Of a stretch of DNA of 64,000 nucleotides, positions 1-12,600 are shown piece after piece (position 1 is the stretch's first letter; every line of letters starts with the position of its first letter). The position numbers and the translations under genes were made by a program. Source of the stretch: Octopus sinensis (taxonomy: Eukaryota); NCBI RefSeq assembly GCF_006345805.1, contig NC_043010.1:62496001-62560000 (forward strand), written 5' to 3'. The notes below the pieces were generated by a model that was not told the origin of the DNA, searched no databases, and saw only the letters and a program-made list of their open reading frames with translations.

Positions 1-1
1 A

Positions 2-177
2 AAAGATTGTATTTATGTTCCACCGCTACCCATTAACCTCAATGACCTTAAACATCGAATAACAACAGCGATCATCTCAGTGGATGGTGATATGCTGATA
101 CACGCAGCTGGGAGGAATTCTCTTATCGCATTGATGTTGTCCGTGCTGCAGGTGGTGGCCACATTGGACACTTGTAA
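2..177 (+). pseudogene. C-terminal relic of a Tc1/mariner transposase
   Basis: Manual translation gives KDCIYVPPLPINLNDLKHRITTAIISVDGDMLIH, a frameshift, then WEEFSYRIDVVRAAGGGHIGHL*. This matches the Tc1/mariner C-terminal pattern (VKD.VYVPPLP...L..RI..A...V..DML..VW.E..YR.DV.RA..G.HIEHL). Truncated by the window start. Confidence 0.75.
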
Positions 178-240
178 GACAGGAAATATAAAAGGTGATT
201 GTGAGTAAATACTTGTGACTCAGCTGGGGTTTTCTATTGC

Positions 241-650
241 TTTTCCTTACTCTTTACTCGTTTCAGTCATTTGACTGCGGCCATGCTGGAGCACCGCCTT
301 TTAATCGGCAAATCGACCCCGGGACTTATTCTTTTGTAAGCCCAGTACTTATTCTATCGGTCTCTTTTGCCGAACCGCTAAGTAACGGGGACATAAACAC
401 ACCAGCATCGGTTGTCAAGCAATGCTAGGGGGACAAACACAGACACACAAACACACACGCACGCATATATATATATGTACATATATACGACGGGCTTCTT
501 TCAGTTTCCGTCTACCAAATCCACTCAAAAGGCTTTGGTCGGCCCGAGGCTATAGTAGAAGACACTTGCCCAAGGTGCCACGCAGTGGGACTGAACCCGG
601 AACCATGTGGTTGGTAAATAAGCTACTTACCACACACCCACTCCTGCGCC
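241..650 (-). mobile_element. tRNA-derived SINE, family A (most abundant family in the window), near full length
   Basis: Reverse complement has a head ggcgcaggag..tgtgtggtaag...ggttccgggttcagtccc (A/B-box-like), a central TA/CA microsatellite and a tail ...gtcaaatgactgaaac. More than 20 copies occur in the window. Confidence 0.9.
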
Positions 651-699
651 TTACTAAAATATTGCGTAATGAAACCGGTTCATTCTGTACAATAATCAC

Positions 700-810
700 C
701 TCAATGAAAGAACCGACTGGTGAGATTGTTGAAATGCTGGAGTGATGGTGGGTAGACATGTGCTGAGTGCAACAAGATGGACAGGAGCAGCCTCTAGATT
801 CCTCAGTCAA
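700..810 (+). pseudogene. RTE-clade LINE endonuclease (APE) N-terminal fragment
   Basis: TGEIVEMLE*WWVDMC*VQ, frameshift, RWTGAASRFL resembles the RTE APE start GRSGE(V/I)VEMLERR.VD.CC.QE.RW.G..AR. Confidence 0.5.
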
Positions 811-820
811 GTCACTCTAA

Positions 821-1042
821 CCCCTTTCGTTACCGTATTTATGTTGAGATGCTCTGTGTTTCTTTCCAGTAATTTTAAATATAACAAAGAATTTAGTAAA
901 ATAACTTAGTTATCATTCAGCTAGTGTTAGGAACATAAACTGTGACTAAGGTTTGGTGGAAGATTCTAATTCAAAACTTATGAAAACAAGACATTTGTAC
1001 TCAGAGCCAGAACCTGTTTCAGCCAGGTTGGTATCAAAAGGG
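821..1042. mobile_element. piggyBac-like (TTAA-target) MITE, copy 1
   Basis: Begins CCC (after ctaa) and ends GGG followed by TTAA. Terminal repeats are cccctttcgttacc / ggtatcaaaaggg. Non-coding and highly similar to the adjacent copy. Confidence 0.7.
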
Positions 1043-1073
1043 TTAAGAATTGTTTTTCTATTATATATTTTAA

Positions 1074-1294
1074 CCCTTTTCTTACCATATTTCTGTTGAG
1101 ATGCTCTGCGTTTCTTTCAATTAATTTTAAATATAACAAAGAATTTAGTAAAATAACTTGGTTATCATTCAGCTAGTGTTAGGAGCATAAACTGTGACTA
1201 AGGTTTGGTGCAAGATTTTAATTCAAAACTTATGAAAACAAGACATTTGTACTCAGAGCCAGAGCTGGTTTCAGCCAGGTTGGTAACAAAAGGG
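1074..1294. mobile_element. piggyBac-like (TTAA-target) MITE, copy 2
   Basis: TTAA at 1070-1073 and 1295-1298. Termini ccctttt cttacc / ggtaacaaaaggg. Confidence 0.8.
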
Positions 1295-2384
1295 TTAAAT
1301 GCTGCTGGTAACATGTAATACAGTACCACCTGTTGCATGGTTGGGCCATCCACAACTTATCCAGCAACACCACCAAGCCTACTTAGTGAGTAAGATGGTT
1401 CTTAGATGTAGAACTGACACTAAACTTTGCGGGATGGAAAACTAGACCAGTCAAAGGGAGGATAAACTCAGAAGAGTCAATGGCCATCCAAATCCATGAT
1501 ACGTGTGTGTATAGGCATAGGCTTGGCTATGTGGTAAGAAGCTTGCTTCTCAACCACATGGTTCTGGGTTCAGTCCCACTGCACGGCAACTTAGGCAAGT
1601 GTCTTCTACTATAGTCTTGGGCAGTCCAAAGCCGTGTGAGTGGATTTGGTAGACGGAAACTGAAAGAAGTCCATCGTATGTGTGTGTGTGTGTGTGCGTG
1701 TGTGTGTGTGTTTGTCCTTCCCCCCAACATTGCTTGACAACCGATGGTGGTGTGTTTACATTCCTGTAACTTTACGCTTCAGAAAAAGAGATTGATAGAA
1801 TAAATACCAGGCTTACAAAGAATAAATCCGATGGGGTGGGAGCGATTTGCTTGACCAAAAGCAGTGCTCCTGCATGGCTGCAAGTATGACCTGGTAACAT
1901 AAGCTGTTTTCGTTGTTTTAGGTGCCTATGTGGTTGCATAGCTAGGTATGATAACATAGGGTCTGCAATAATGTAAAACCATGATAGCATTGTGTGTTGG
2001 TCAGATACTGCTAATATGAAGCTAAGCACCAACTCCATCATATACCATAGATCCGACTTGGAACTGGTTCTAAGTATGGTGTAGGTATATACAGGGGGGG
2101 GGAGACCTCTAAACTGTCACAAAGGTAATTAACCCAGAAGGAGAACTCCAATAGGAAAGCCTAAGGTATATTGTTCAGTGAATTTGAAGCCAATATTTGC
2201 ACCAAAATTCTGCTATCAGCATTTCCAAAAAGTGTAACTGGTTCTACACAAGCCTTCACTATTGAAAATAAATCAACTGTGTGGTTAGCCTAACAGTCAG
2301 GCCTTGATATATTCAAATCAACAGAAGATTCCCATGTTGTTGTTGTTGATGTTGTTGCTGCTGCTACTGCTGTTGTTGTTATTA

Positions 2385-2430
<46 letters not shown>

Positions 2431-3704
2431 GGCAGCGAGTTGGCAGAATCATTAGCATGCTGGACAAAATGCTTAGCATTATTTCACCTATTGCTATGTT
2501 CTGAGTTCAAATTCTGCTGAGATCGACTTTGCCTTTCATCCTTTAGGGGTCGATAAATTAAGTACCAGTTAAGTACTGGAGTTGATGTAATCAACTAGTC
2601 CCCTCCCCCAAAATTTCAGGCCTCGTGCCTTTAGTAGAAAGGATCATTATGGTACATACATATATACACAAGTATATATTTGAATATATCAATAATAAAT
2701 ACACTAACATGAATTTAGCTGTATGATTAAGTAATCTCTCCCTTTCTCTCTCTCTCCATCCATGACCCACACTCCACACAATGTCAAATAATCATACAGA
2801 TGGTGGTGTGTTTACATCCCTGTAACTTTACGCTTCAGCAAAAGAGATCGATAGAATAAGTACCAGGCTTACATAGTTTATGCTACTGGATGTCGTTTAA
2901 CCTCAGGTCAGTTGTCCCTGGTCAAATACATATATGATCAAAGACAATCTAGCTGTGACCATCCCAACCTTTTGTATATCCAACTCTACATTTTCCAATG
3001 TGTTCTGTTTTTTAAGATGATAAAGTATGATTAGAAGTAGTTTTAGCTGTTATCTTTAGCAGCTCTATAGACCATGTAGAAGTCTACACATTGGCCTCTT
3101 GTACTATGGAATGCAGACCAAATTAGAGAACTGCTACACCTAACCGCTGGCCATTCCTAAAGGATAAACCAATGACAAGACCACATAGACTACTGTTATT
3201 TTTTAACCCTAGGTTAACCCTGACTGGCCAAACCTGTGATCAAAAGTATTCCAGCCATGACTTGCATTCATTTCCTACAATCCAAGAAGCCAGGACTACA
3301 TTAAGTAACATTTCCTTTTTAAAACAGCGAGGGATATTTGGCTGCTGTTTCTAGCAGATCAAGCAACCACATACAGGCTTCATTGAGAGTTGCAAGTGTT
3401 TGCTTCTACCATTTCCACTTAAACCTCCTCTTGAGCATCAAGTATCTATGGCTACATTATCTAATGTCACTCCTTTTATCAGATGCTAGTGTGAAGTTGG
3501 AGTGGGAATTAACCATTTCAATACCAAACAACTTGAGACGACCCCTGGTCCCTATGGTACAAACTTCCTGTTTTAAAGTTAGCTAAATTAAACTTTCCAT
3601 CAAAATTTCCTACAAATTTGTGCTTCAGCCATCAGCTTTTATAATGGCAAAGTTCTTTTAGTAAATTCTTCATTGTTTGCAAAATTAATTGAAAGAAAGC
3701 CATA

Positions 3705-4095
3705 GGCGTAAGAGTGGCTGTGTGGTAAGTAGCTTGCTTACCAACCACATGGTTCTGGGTTCAGTCCCATTGCGTGGCACCTTGGGCAAGTGTCTTCTAC
3801 TATAGCCTCGTGCCGACCAAAACCTTGTGAGTGGATTTGGTAGACGGAAACTGAAAGAAGCCCGTCGTATATATGTATATGTTTGTGTGTCCGTGTTTGA
3901 CCCCTCCACACACATTGCTTGTCAACCAATGTTGGTGTGCTTATGTCTCTGTAACTTAGTGGTTCGGCAAAAGAGACCGATAGAATAAGTACTAGGCTTA
4001 CAAAGAATAAGTCCTGGGGTTGATTTGCTCGACTAAAGGCGGTGCTCCAGCATGGCCACAGTCAAATGACTGAAACAAGTAAAAGAGAAAAGAGA
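3705..4095 (+). mobile_element. SINE family A inserted into a TTAA-type MITE relic
   Basis: Complete head-to-tail family A copy. Flanking 3575-3700 and 4105-4138 (…aaatatggtaacaaaagggttaa) are halves of a related TTAA-ended MITE. Confidence 0.8.
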
Positions 4096-4519
4096 GAAAG
4101 TGATATTCCAACAGAAATATGGTAACAAAAGGGTTAAAGTGATCCAAATTTCATGTTAATTTCTGTTCTAAACACCAACTTAATAACGATAATGTTGATT
4201 AAATTTTTAATTATTTAAAACATTAATCAAAATCAAGTCAGTGTATTTCAACAACAACATGGTAACAAAAAGGCATTAATCTCATAGCTTTTGAGATACC
4301 GGTGAGGTTTACTTTTCTCTTATTCTTTTACTTGTTTCACTCATTTGACTGTGGCCATGCTGGAGCAGTGCCTTTAGTCAAACAAACTGACCCCAAAACT
4401 TATTCTTTGTAAACCTAGAACTTATTCTATCAGTATTTTTTGCCAAACCGCTAAATTACAGGGATACAAACACACCGACATCAGTTGTCATATCAAGCAA
4501 TGGTGGGGGTCAAACACAA

Positions 4520-4564
<45 letters not shown>

Positions 4565-4630
4565 ATATATATATCATCATCATATATATATATCTGTGAA
4601 TATAATATGTGACAATTATTCGTTGGCCAT

Positions 4631-4691
4631 GATAAAACTCCGAGTTTCGGATGTCAGGGCAGAAACCCACGCTGGCATCTCTTCAGTTATC
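4631..4691 (-). ncRNA. Type I hammerhead ribozyme fold in a Penelope-like non-autonomous repeat
   Basis: Reverse complement reads gataa CTGAAGA gatg…catc c GAAAC tcgga GTT ttatc. Helix I is gataa/ttatc, the core is intact, and helix III is near-palindromic. Same family as 45376-45436. Confidence 0.7.
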
Positions 4692-5700
4692 AGGACATCA
4701 AAAAAAAAAATGCCATGAAAATGACCATTAAACAAAGGGAAATTACTGTGTGATTGACCATTAGTAAGACAAAAGAGCTGTTAGAATGACCGCTACATAA
4801 GGGGGAGGAGTAAAGATAAGGGAATAAAAATGATCATAGTAATCGCATAAGCGCGCATGTCCATACATACACATGTGCCCCTGAACACCCACGTACATGT
4901 GCCTACACGTATATACGCATCCACCCTCACATTGAAACACACACATGCTCACCCACACACTCGCCATAAAAGATATAAAAAGCAAGCTTCTAACCACACA
5001 GCCACTCCTGCAATTGTTTATTTTTAGAATGACATTGTAGGGTAGGTGTGAGAGGCCAGATCTGACTAGCTTGATTATAAAACAGGTAGAATATTTGGGG
5101 ACCAGATATGGCTAGATTAGATACCAAAGGGTTAAAGTGATTTAAATCCAAACTTTCCATCTAAATTCTATGTTAATTTATATTCCACAGCTTAATAATG
5201 GCAAAGTTATTTTAATAAATTCTTCATTATTTGCAAAATTAATTGAAACAGAGGTTACGTTGTTATGTCTAGCATGTTGAGCGACCACGTAGAGGCTGAT
5301 TGGCTCATTAAGAAGACACCAGATATTTTATAGCAAGTCAACAACAGGCTGTCTGTTAACTTTTACTTGTTTCAGTCATTGGACTGCAGCCATACTGGAG
5401 CACCACCTTGAAGGGTTCAAGCAAATAAATTGATCCTTGCACTTATTTTTTTTTAAGTCTTGTCATTCTCTTTAGAAGTTATGGGAATGTAAATAAACCA
5501 ATGCTGGTTGTCCAATGGTGGTGGGGTGAGGTGGTGGGGAAACACAAACCGATTGAGCTCCCATAGTTTCTGTCAAACCAAATCCATTCACAAGGCATTT
5601 GTCAGCCAGTGTCTATAATAAAACACTTACCCAAGGTGCTGTGCTGTGAGACTGAAATTGCTGGCCTTGTGCCACAATTTGAAATCATCATCATCATTAT

Positions 5701-6832
5701 TAAGGCAGTGAGCTGGCAGAATTGTTAGCATGCCAGGTGAAATGCTTAGCGGTATGTCATCTGCCGTTAGGTTTTGAGTTCAAATTCTCCCAAAGTTGAC
5801 TTTGCCTTTCATCCTTTCAGGGGTCGATAAATTAAATACCAGTTACGCACTGGGGTCAATGTAATCGACTTAATCCCTTGTCTGTCCTTGTTTGTCCACT
5901 CTATGTTTAGCCCTTTGTGAGTAGTAAAGAAATAGGTATTTCATCTGCCGTTATGTTGTGAGTTCAAAATCCGCCGAGGTCGACTTTACCTTTCATCCTT
6001 CCAGGGGTCAATAAATTAGGTACCAGTTGATCACAGGGGTCGATGTAATCGACACATTTCCTCCCCACAAAAATGGCTGCCCTTGTGGCAAAATTTGAAA
6101 CTATTCTTATTATTATTATTATTATTATCATTCTTCTTCTTCTTCTTCAAGGCAGTGAGCTGGCAGAATTGTTAGTATGCTGGTGACACACTTTCCAGCA
6201 TTTCATGTCTTTATGGTCCGAGTTCAAATTCCGCCGAGGTCTACTTTGCCTTCCATCCTTTCAGGGTCAATAAATTAAGTACCAGTGAAACACTGGGGTC
6301 CATGTAATCGACTTACCCATGCACCTACCCCCACCAAAATTCAGGCCTTGTGTCTATCATAGAAAGGATTATTATTATTATTATATTATTATTATTATTA
6401 TAAGAAGGGCAAGAGCTGACAGAACCTTCAGCAAACCCAATGAAATGCTTAGCAGCATTTTGTTAGTCTTTACATTCTGAGTTCAAATTCTGTCAAGTGT
6501 GACTTTGCCCTTCATCTTTTCAGGGGTTGATGAAATAAGGACCAGTTGTGCACTGGGGTGGATGTAATTGACTTACCCTCTCCCTCGAAAGTGCCAGCCT
6601 TTTGCCAAAGTTTGTAACCAATATCCGTTTCAATTCAAGGGCGGCGAGCTGACAGAAGTGTTAGCACACCGGGCGAAATGCTTAGAGGTATTTTGTCTGT
6701 CTTTACGTCCTGAGTTCAGCTTTGCCTTTCATCCTTTCGGGGTCAATAAATTAAGTACCAGTCATGTACTGGGGTCGATGTAATTGACTGGCCCCCTCCA
6801 CAAAAATTTTGGACCTTGTGCCTAGAGTAGAA
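5701..6832 (+). mobile_element. Head-to-tail cluster of about 5 SINE family C copies
   Basis: Repeated unit ggc(a/g)g(c/t)gagctggcagaa…gagttcaaattc…gactttgcctttcatcctttcggggtcgataaattaagtaccag, with starts near 5703, 5935, 6150, 6405 and 6640. Several are preceded by (ATT)n. Confidence 0.85.
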
Positions 6833-7371
6833 AAGAATATCTGTTTCAATTCTGTGTGTTCCAAAACTAAATCTCATCACTGGCCACACACAGAGAGAAG
6901 GAATCAAGGTAGATCTTGGTGGACTGAGACAGGTTTGCTCTTTTCTCAACACTGGGGCCACGAAGACAGGGGATTGTACTCATGGCCCTTACTAAAAAAA
7001 GTTTTTAAAAAATCACTATGGATTTCTGATAGCTTGTCAACATCTACAACATGAAAAAAATGCTGACAGCAATGTGTCATTCATCATCAATCTGATTGAA
7101 CAGGACTAACATGAGTGAGACTAAAGATCAACAATAGATATGAAGACAAAGGACCACAACCTCAAGAGAGGAATTTTAAGAGCTCCCAAATCAAGGTATC
7201 CAGATATGAATGTGACAGAGATACTACAAACTTCTGAATTAATAACATCTAAAAAACAGAAAAAAATCTAACTAATGATACTAATTAAAAATTGTAATTC
7301 ATTACTGCATTCGTTATCTAAGCACTTGTGGTGTAGAATTCAGTTTTCCTTTTTTTTTTGTTGCTATTTCG

Positions 7372-7697
7372 AAAATACTGGTACGTAAAAGGGCACCATT
7401 CGAGCGTGATCGTTACCAACGTCGCCTTACTGGCACCTGTGCCGGGGGCATGTATAAAAAGATTCGAGCGAGGTCATTGCCAGTACCACCTGACTGGCCC
7501 CGTGCTGGTGGCACATAAAAAGCACCCACTACACTCTCGGAGTGGTTGGCGTTAGGAAGAGCATCCAGCTGTAGAAACGCCGCCAGATCAAGATTGGAGC
7601 CTGGTGCGGCCGTCTGGTTCGCCAGCCCTCAGTCAAAATTGTCCAACCCATGCTAGCATGGAAAGCGGACATTAAACGATGATGATGGTGATGATGA
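7372..7697 (+). mobile_element. RTE-like 3' tail / RTE-mobilised SINE (family R)
   Basis: …ggagtggttggcgttaggaag(a/g)gcatccagctgtagaaac…catgctagcatggaaagcggac…(GAT)n. The same tail follows RTE coding relics at 26.4-27.3 kb and 32.6-33.5 kb. Confidence 0.8.
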
Positions 7698-8329
7698 TTT
7701 AAGCCCTACCGATTATTTCCTGTGCAATCCACAGCAAATAGAACGGTATTCATGATCCTGTATCTATTTCTTAGCAACCCCTAGATTACAGATGACAATA
7801 TCCATCAAAGGAAGGTCTTCTCCCAAGCAGACAAAGGGGCTTTGCACTCAACCAAGAACTTCTCCATCCTGTGGCTGTCTCATCTCAGTTTTCTTCCTAA
7901 TTACCTCTGCTACAACTCGTTTTGTTACTTTCATCACATGATCCATCAATTTCATATACTTTTTTACTTGTTTCAGTCACATGACTGCAGCCATGCTGGA
8001 GCACCACCTTTAGTCAAACAAATCAACCCCAAGACTTATTCTTTGTAAGCCTAGTACTTATTCTATCGGTCCCTTTTGCCAAACTGCTATGTTACGGAGG
8101 ACACACCAATATCGGTTGTCAAGCAATGGTAGGGGGACAAACACACACACACATATATACGATGGGCTTCTTTTAGTTTCCATCTACTGAATCTACTCAC
8201 AAGGCTTTGGTTGGCCTGAGGCTATAGTAGAAGACAATTGCCCAAGGTGCCATGCAGTGAGACTGAACCTGGAACCATGTGGTTGGTAAGCAAGCTACTT
8301 ACCCACAGCCACTCCTGCACCTATATGTC

Positions 8330-9435
8330 AACATTTTTTTTCCAGAGCATCTCCTTCTTCAACCAATATTTCCAGCTTCTCAGCAACCATCACAGATGGT
8401 CAAGCTGCTTTCCCCATCTATGTATCCCTAATGGCTGCTCTCTCTATTGTCTACTTGGAGTAGCCCTCTCCTTTCTCTCCAATCTCCAATTCATTCCCCT
8501 CGTTTAACAACTTCAAGTAGCATTCCACAACTTCTCAGCACCAATAAAGGTCCTCAATATTACAAGTCACCCCAACAATACCCTGATTCATACTGACATG
8601 GCAATCCTCTGATCCTCACATCAAAGCAACACTCCATTCCTCTGACCATCACATTACGAAACATTGATAAACAACTGAGTCCGTTTCCCTTTTTTCTAAA
8701 TATAATATCAAGCTTTTCTTCTATATATGGGCGCAGCCATGGCTGTGTGGTAAGAAGTTTGCTTCTCACCCACATGGTTCTGGTTCCAATCCCACGGTGT
8801 GGCATCTTGGGCAAGTGTCTTCTTCTATAGCCTCAGGCCAACCAAAGCCTCACAAATGGATTTGGTAGACAGAAACTGAAAGAAGCCTATTGTATACATA
8901 TGTGTGTGTGTTTGTCCCCCATCATCACTGATGTTAGCATGTTTACACCTCCATAACTTAGAAGTTCAGCAAAAGAGACTGATAGAATAAGTACTAAATT
9001 TGAAAAACAAAAAAAAGGACTGAAGTTGATTCATTTGACTGAAAATCCATCAAGGCGATGCCCCAGCATGGCCACAGTCTAACAAGTGAAACAAGTAAAG
9101 GATAAAAGATACATAATGCCATCTCCTGTTGCTACCCCTTTTCTTTCATTCTTTCTTTCCAGGCATGTCCCTTGGTTTTTACAGCTCCATCTACCCTACC
9201 ATTCCACCATCAAGTCACATTCCATCTGACTGCCACCTTGCTCCATCCACAGATATCTGGTCTGTGACTGGCATCAAGTTCTCTCGTAAAAACCCTGAAT
9301 GATCCCTATTGCCCCTACTTCTCATCAATACTTCTTTTGAACCCATATCTGGCTAAGGGATCTTTCAGCTTCAAATACCTTCCTTCTCCAGATTGGATCC
9401 ATCTCTCCTTTACTTTGGACCATTAATCACCAGGT
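8330..9435 (-). pseudogene. RTE-clade LINE ORF relic (endonuclease-RT linker) interrupted by a family A SINE at about 8727-9110
   Basis: Minus-strand translation gives ICGWSKVAVRWNVT*WWNGRVDGAVKTKGHAWKE (9.15-9.27 kb) and NQGIVG…LKLLNEGNE…AIRDT*MGKAA*PSVMVAEKL (8.37-8.61 kb). These match RTE motifs TWWWN..V..AIK.K..AWK and K.GKA.GPSG..AEML. Confidence 0.6.
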
Positions 9436-9446
9436 AAATACTTCAA

Positions 9447-9656
9447 TGCAATCTTTCGGTACAAGTACCATAACTGCCAATCATAAACCCACGTGGGTTT
9501 GTTTACATTTCTGAAGAAAAAAAGAAACCCTTTTCCCCCACCCCTAACCCTAACCCCACATATATATAAAAAAAACTTTACAGAAAGTGACGATCTTCTT
9601 CTTCAAATGTAAACAAACAGACTTGGCAGTTATGGTACTTGTACCGAAAGATCGCC
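9447..9656. mobile_element. MITE with long terminal inverted repeats and an internal (CCCTAA)2
   Basis: Perfect 30-nt IR atctttcggtacaagtaccataactgccaa (9451-9480) / ttggcagttatggtacttgtaccgaaagat (9623-9652). A further IR is tttgtttacattt / aaatgtaaacaaa. No TSD was resolved. Confidence 0.65.
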
Positions 9657-12600
9657 AATACTTAGCATTTACAACAATCTACCTGTCTCTCTCTCTCTCT
9701 CTCTTACAGGTGAGTACAGCATTTCCTTGGTTTGTGTTCGTATGTGATTAGGTGGTTGGCCTTCTAAAGTTAATGCCGCAAAGGGTTAGGTCATATGCAT
9801 CACAAAGCACCAAACAACTTTGATCCTTATTCATTTCCTCTACAGTAATCATAACCTCCATAGATATCAGTTTTTAATTTTGGCACAAGGCCAGCAATTT
9901 GGGGGGAGGGGGTAAGCCAATTACATCGATCCCGAAACAATGAACGACAAGGTTGAACCCAGCAACATTTGAACTCAAAACGTAGGGGCAGACGAAATGC
10001 TGCTAAGCGGTTCTCCCCAGCACGGTAATGATCCTGCCAGCTTGCTGCTTGATAGCCTCCACATATATCAAAACAGCCCTCATGGTGTTACCTGTTCAAC
10101 ATATTAAAGTCACTAACCATAATAACGAAGTTGCTGTTGTCTGTTATCAAAGACGTCTACATGATGGCTACATAGAAAGGATTCTTTTACTCATCATCTA
10201 TGAGTCCTAATTATGGTACACATGCCACAGAGATCACTGTCTCTGTCATGTTTACCGAGGATTAGTCTCAGCCTAATTATTCTGACACATACTCAGACTA
10301 CTTCGATTACTTTTATCTTCCATTTCTCTGCCAATATGTCTACTCCACCAACTTTAATGCTGTCAACAATTTGTAGCTGCCATCTCGACTGTGGTGGTGT
10401 CTGCCTGAGGTTCCCCTCCATCTCACCTCCTGTACACACCACACATTTACCTCCATCTTAGCATCTCTTACACTTTTCCATAACTACTTTTCATTGTACT
10501 AGCACTGATGGTGAGAGCCCTGAAGTGTAACACTCGACAAAGAGAGGAGAGTTTTCTGGCGGCATCTGGCTTGTTTGATATCTATTTCCTGTATCTGAAA
10601 GGAAGACATTTGGTGCAATTGTTTGAAGATGGCCAAATGGTTTTACACAAGGTCAAGTATTTCCACCTGGCCATCCCATTACTGTATGTAGTAATGGGAT
10701 GTACACACAAGAGCCACCTTTGTACATACAACTAGGATTTTCTTTTGAGATGACTGGCATATATTTGGTGTTTTCTTTTCTTATTACTGCTGGATGCCCT
10801 TCTTATCAGTATGGACTGTGGTCATTTTCTCAGGTCACTCACACTACAGAAGCTCCCTTTACTCTGTGTTAGTTTGTACTAAGAGGTGGTGCTTTCCAAA
10901 ACAAGTTGTTTCTGCTTAAGTCTGAGAAATCAGCATATATCCAAGCTACAGGGAGAGTAGGCTATTTAATTACAACTAATTAGGGGGTTGTCTCCTGGGA
11001 CTGACATAGTGAAATCTTGTGTGGGGGCAGATGGTTGATAAAAGGCTGTCCCTGTGATACTAGATAAAGGGAGGGGTAAGACAAAAACAGAAGATGAAGG
11101 TTTCAGCTAGAATAAGAAAATACAAATGAGAGATGTCAACTAACTCAGCCTGGAGCTGTTGTGCTCCTCGTGGGCCTGTACTGATGTCACGTACAAAAGC
11201 CCCTGTGCTGGTACAATCTAAGAAGCAGATGTGCTGGTGCCATATAAAAAGCACCTGGTACACTCTGTTAAGGGGTTGGCATTAGGAAAGGTTTCCAGCT
11301 GTAGGGACCATGCCAAAACAGACAACTGGATCCTGATGCACTCCGATTTGCCAGCTCCTGTCAAACCATCCAACCCATGCCAGCATGGAAAACGGACGTT
11401 AAAGAGTGGTGAATGATCATGATTTGGTGCCCCGCATTCCCTGGTTCCGATCCCGAGATCACTGAGTGTGGTATTGGCAGATGGATTAACAGAACTATTA
11501 AAGGTCAGATTAAACACCTGCAGTTTTTAGTGCTGGCTCTTATCATATTCAATTAAAATGTTGTCGCTGACGTCGACTTCGCTTTCAAGCCTTTGGAAGG
11601 GGGTAGTGGGGGGGGGGTGACAGGGGTTGTAAAAGAAAATATCAGTCAAGTACTGGAGTTGATTTAATATTTTTGTAAGGCATCTTAGATGCAAATGGAA
11701 AATTATAACAGGAAACCAATCTGAAGGGTTCTTGATCAAGAGAAGGCAGACATATCTTCAATTAATTATATTCCACAATCCACTGTCAGTTACAATGAAT
11801 ATCTCATTGTATAATCTTGTCCTAGACATAGTGGTCATGGATGGAACAGGTATACGTCTGCTCAATGAAAACTAAGCAACATCAAGCACTGAGTGAAATG
11901 AAATCATCATTCTTATTGCATTGGAGGTGGTGGGGACGGCTGTTGCTGTTGACGGTTGTGCAGAATGCGAATGAATGAACCTCACAACTTCTATACGTTG
12001 CACCTTGGCGTCTCAGAAGCCAAAACTATTGTATGAAAAGGAGGATATATAACATCAGTGATATATATATACATTTATATATATATATATACAGAGAGAG
12101 ACAGATTGATAGGGATAGATAAATAGAGAGAGAGATACATAGGTAGATAATTAGATAAATGCGTAGATTACTAAGAGCAAATAGTGAGTTCATTATATAT
12201 AAAGATAGAAAGAGAGAGAGAGAGATGTGAGAAAGACAGAATGATGTAAAGAGAGAGGGAGACTGTGATAGAAGATAAGGGGGAGGGTAGAGTGAAAGAC
12301 AAAAGAAGAGACAGAGAGGACTGAAAGAGTGAGAGGAAGATAAAAAAAAAGAAGGGCAGTGTAATATAAGCGAGGGAGGGGGTGCAGTGTAATAGAAAAA
12401 AGAGGGGGGTAGGGAAAAAGAGAAAAAAGAAACGGGAGGGGATGCTATGAGAAAAGAGAAGAGGGGGGACACTGAACAAAAGTGGAACACCATGCGAAAG
12501 AGAGAGAGAGAGAGAGGTTCAATAATTTTCCTATGAGTCAAGATTATTCCAGGAATTCATTCATTGCCCTCCCCTTCTCTCCTCCCCCCTCCCCACTTCA

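Noticed and set aside
5701-6832. Regularly recurring repeats that could suggest a CRISPR array
   Set aside because: Eukaryotic SINE units of about 200 nt, with no constant repeat and unique spacer structure and no cas genes.
10672-10701. Perfect 12-bp hairpin catcccattact/agtaatgggatg
   Set aside because: Too short for a pre-miRNA and has no supporting context. Compatible with chance or local strand-switch repair.
11599-11626. G-quadruplex-capable G runs
   Set aside because: Lies in the variable poly-G/C segment of a family C SINE, so it is not locus-specific.
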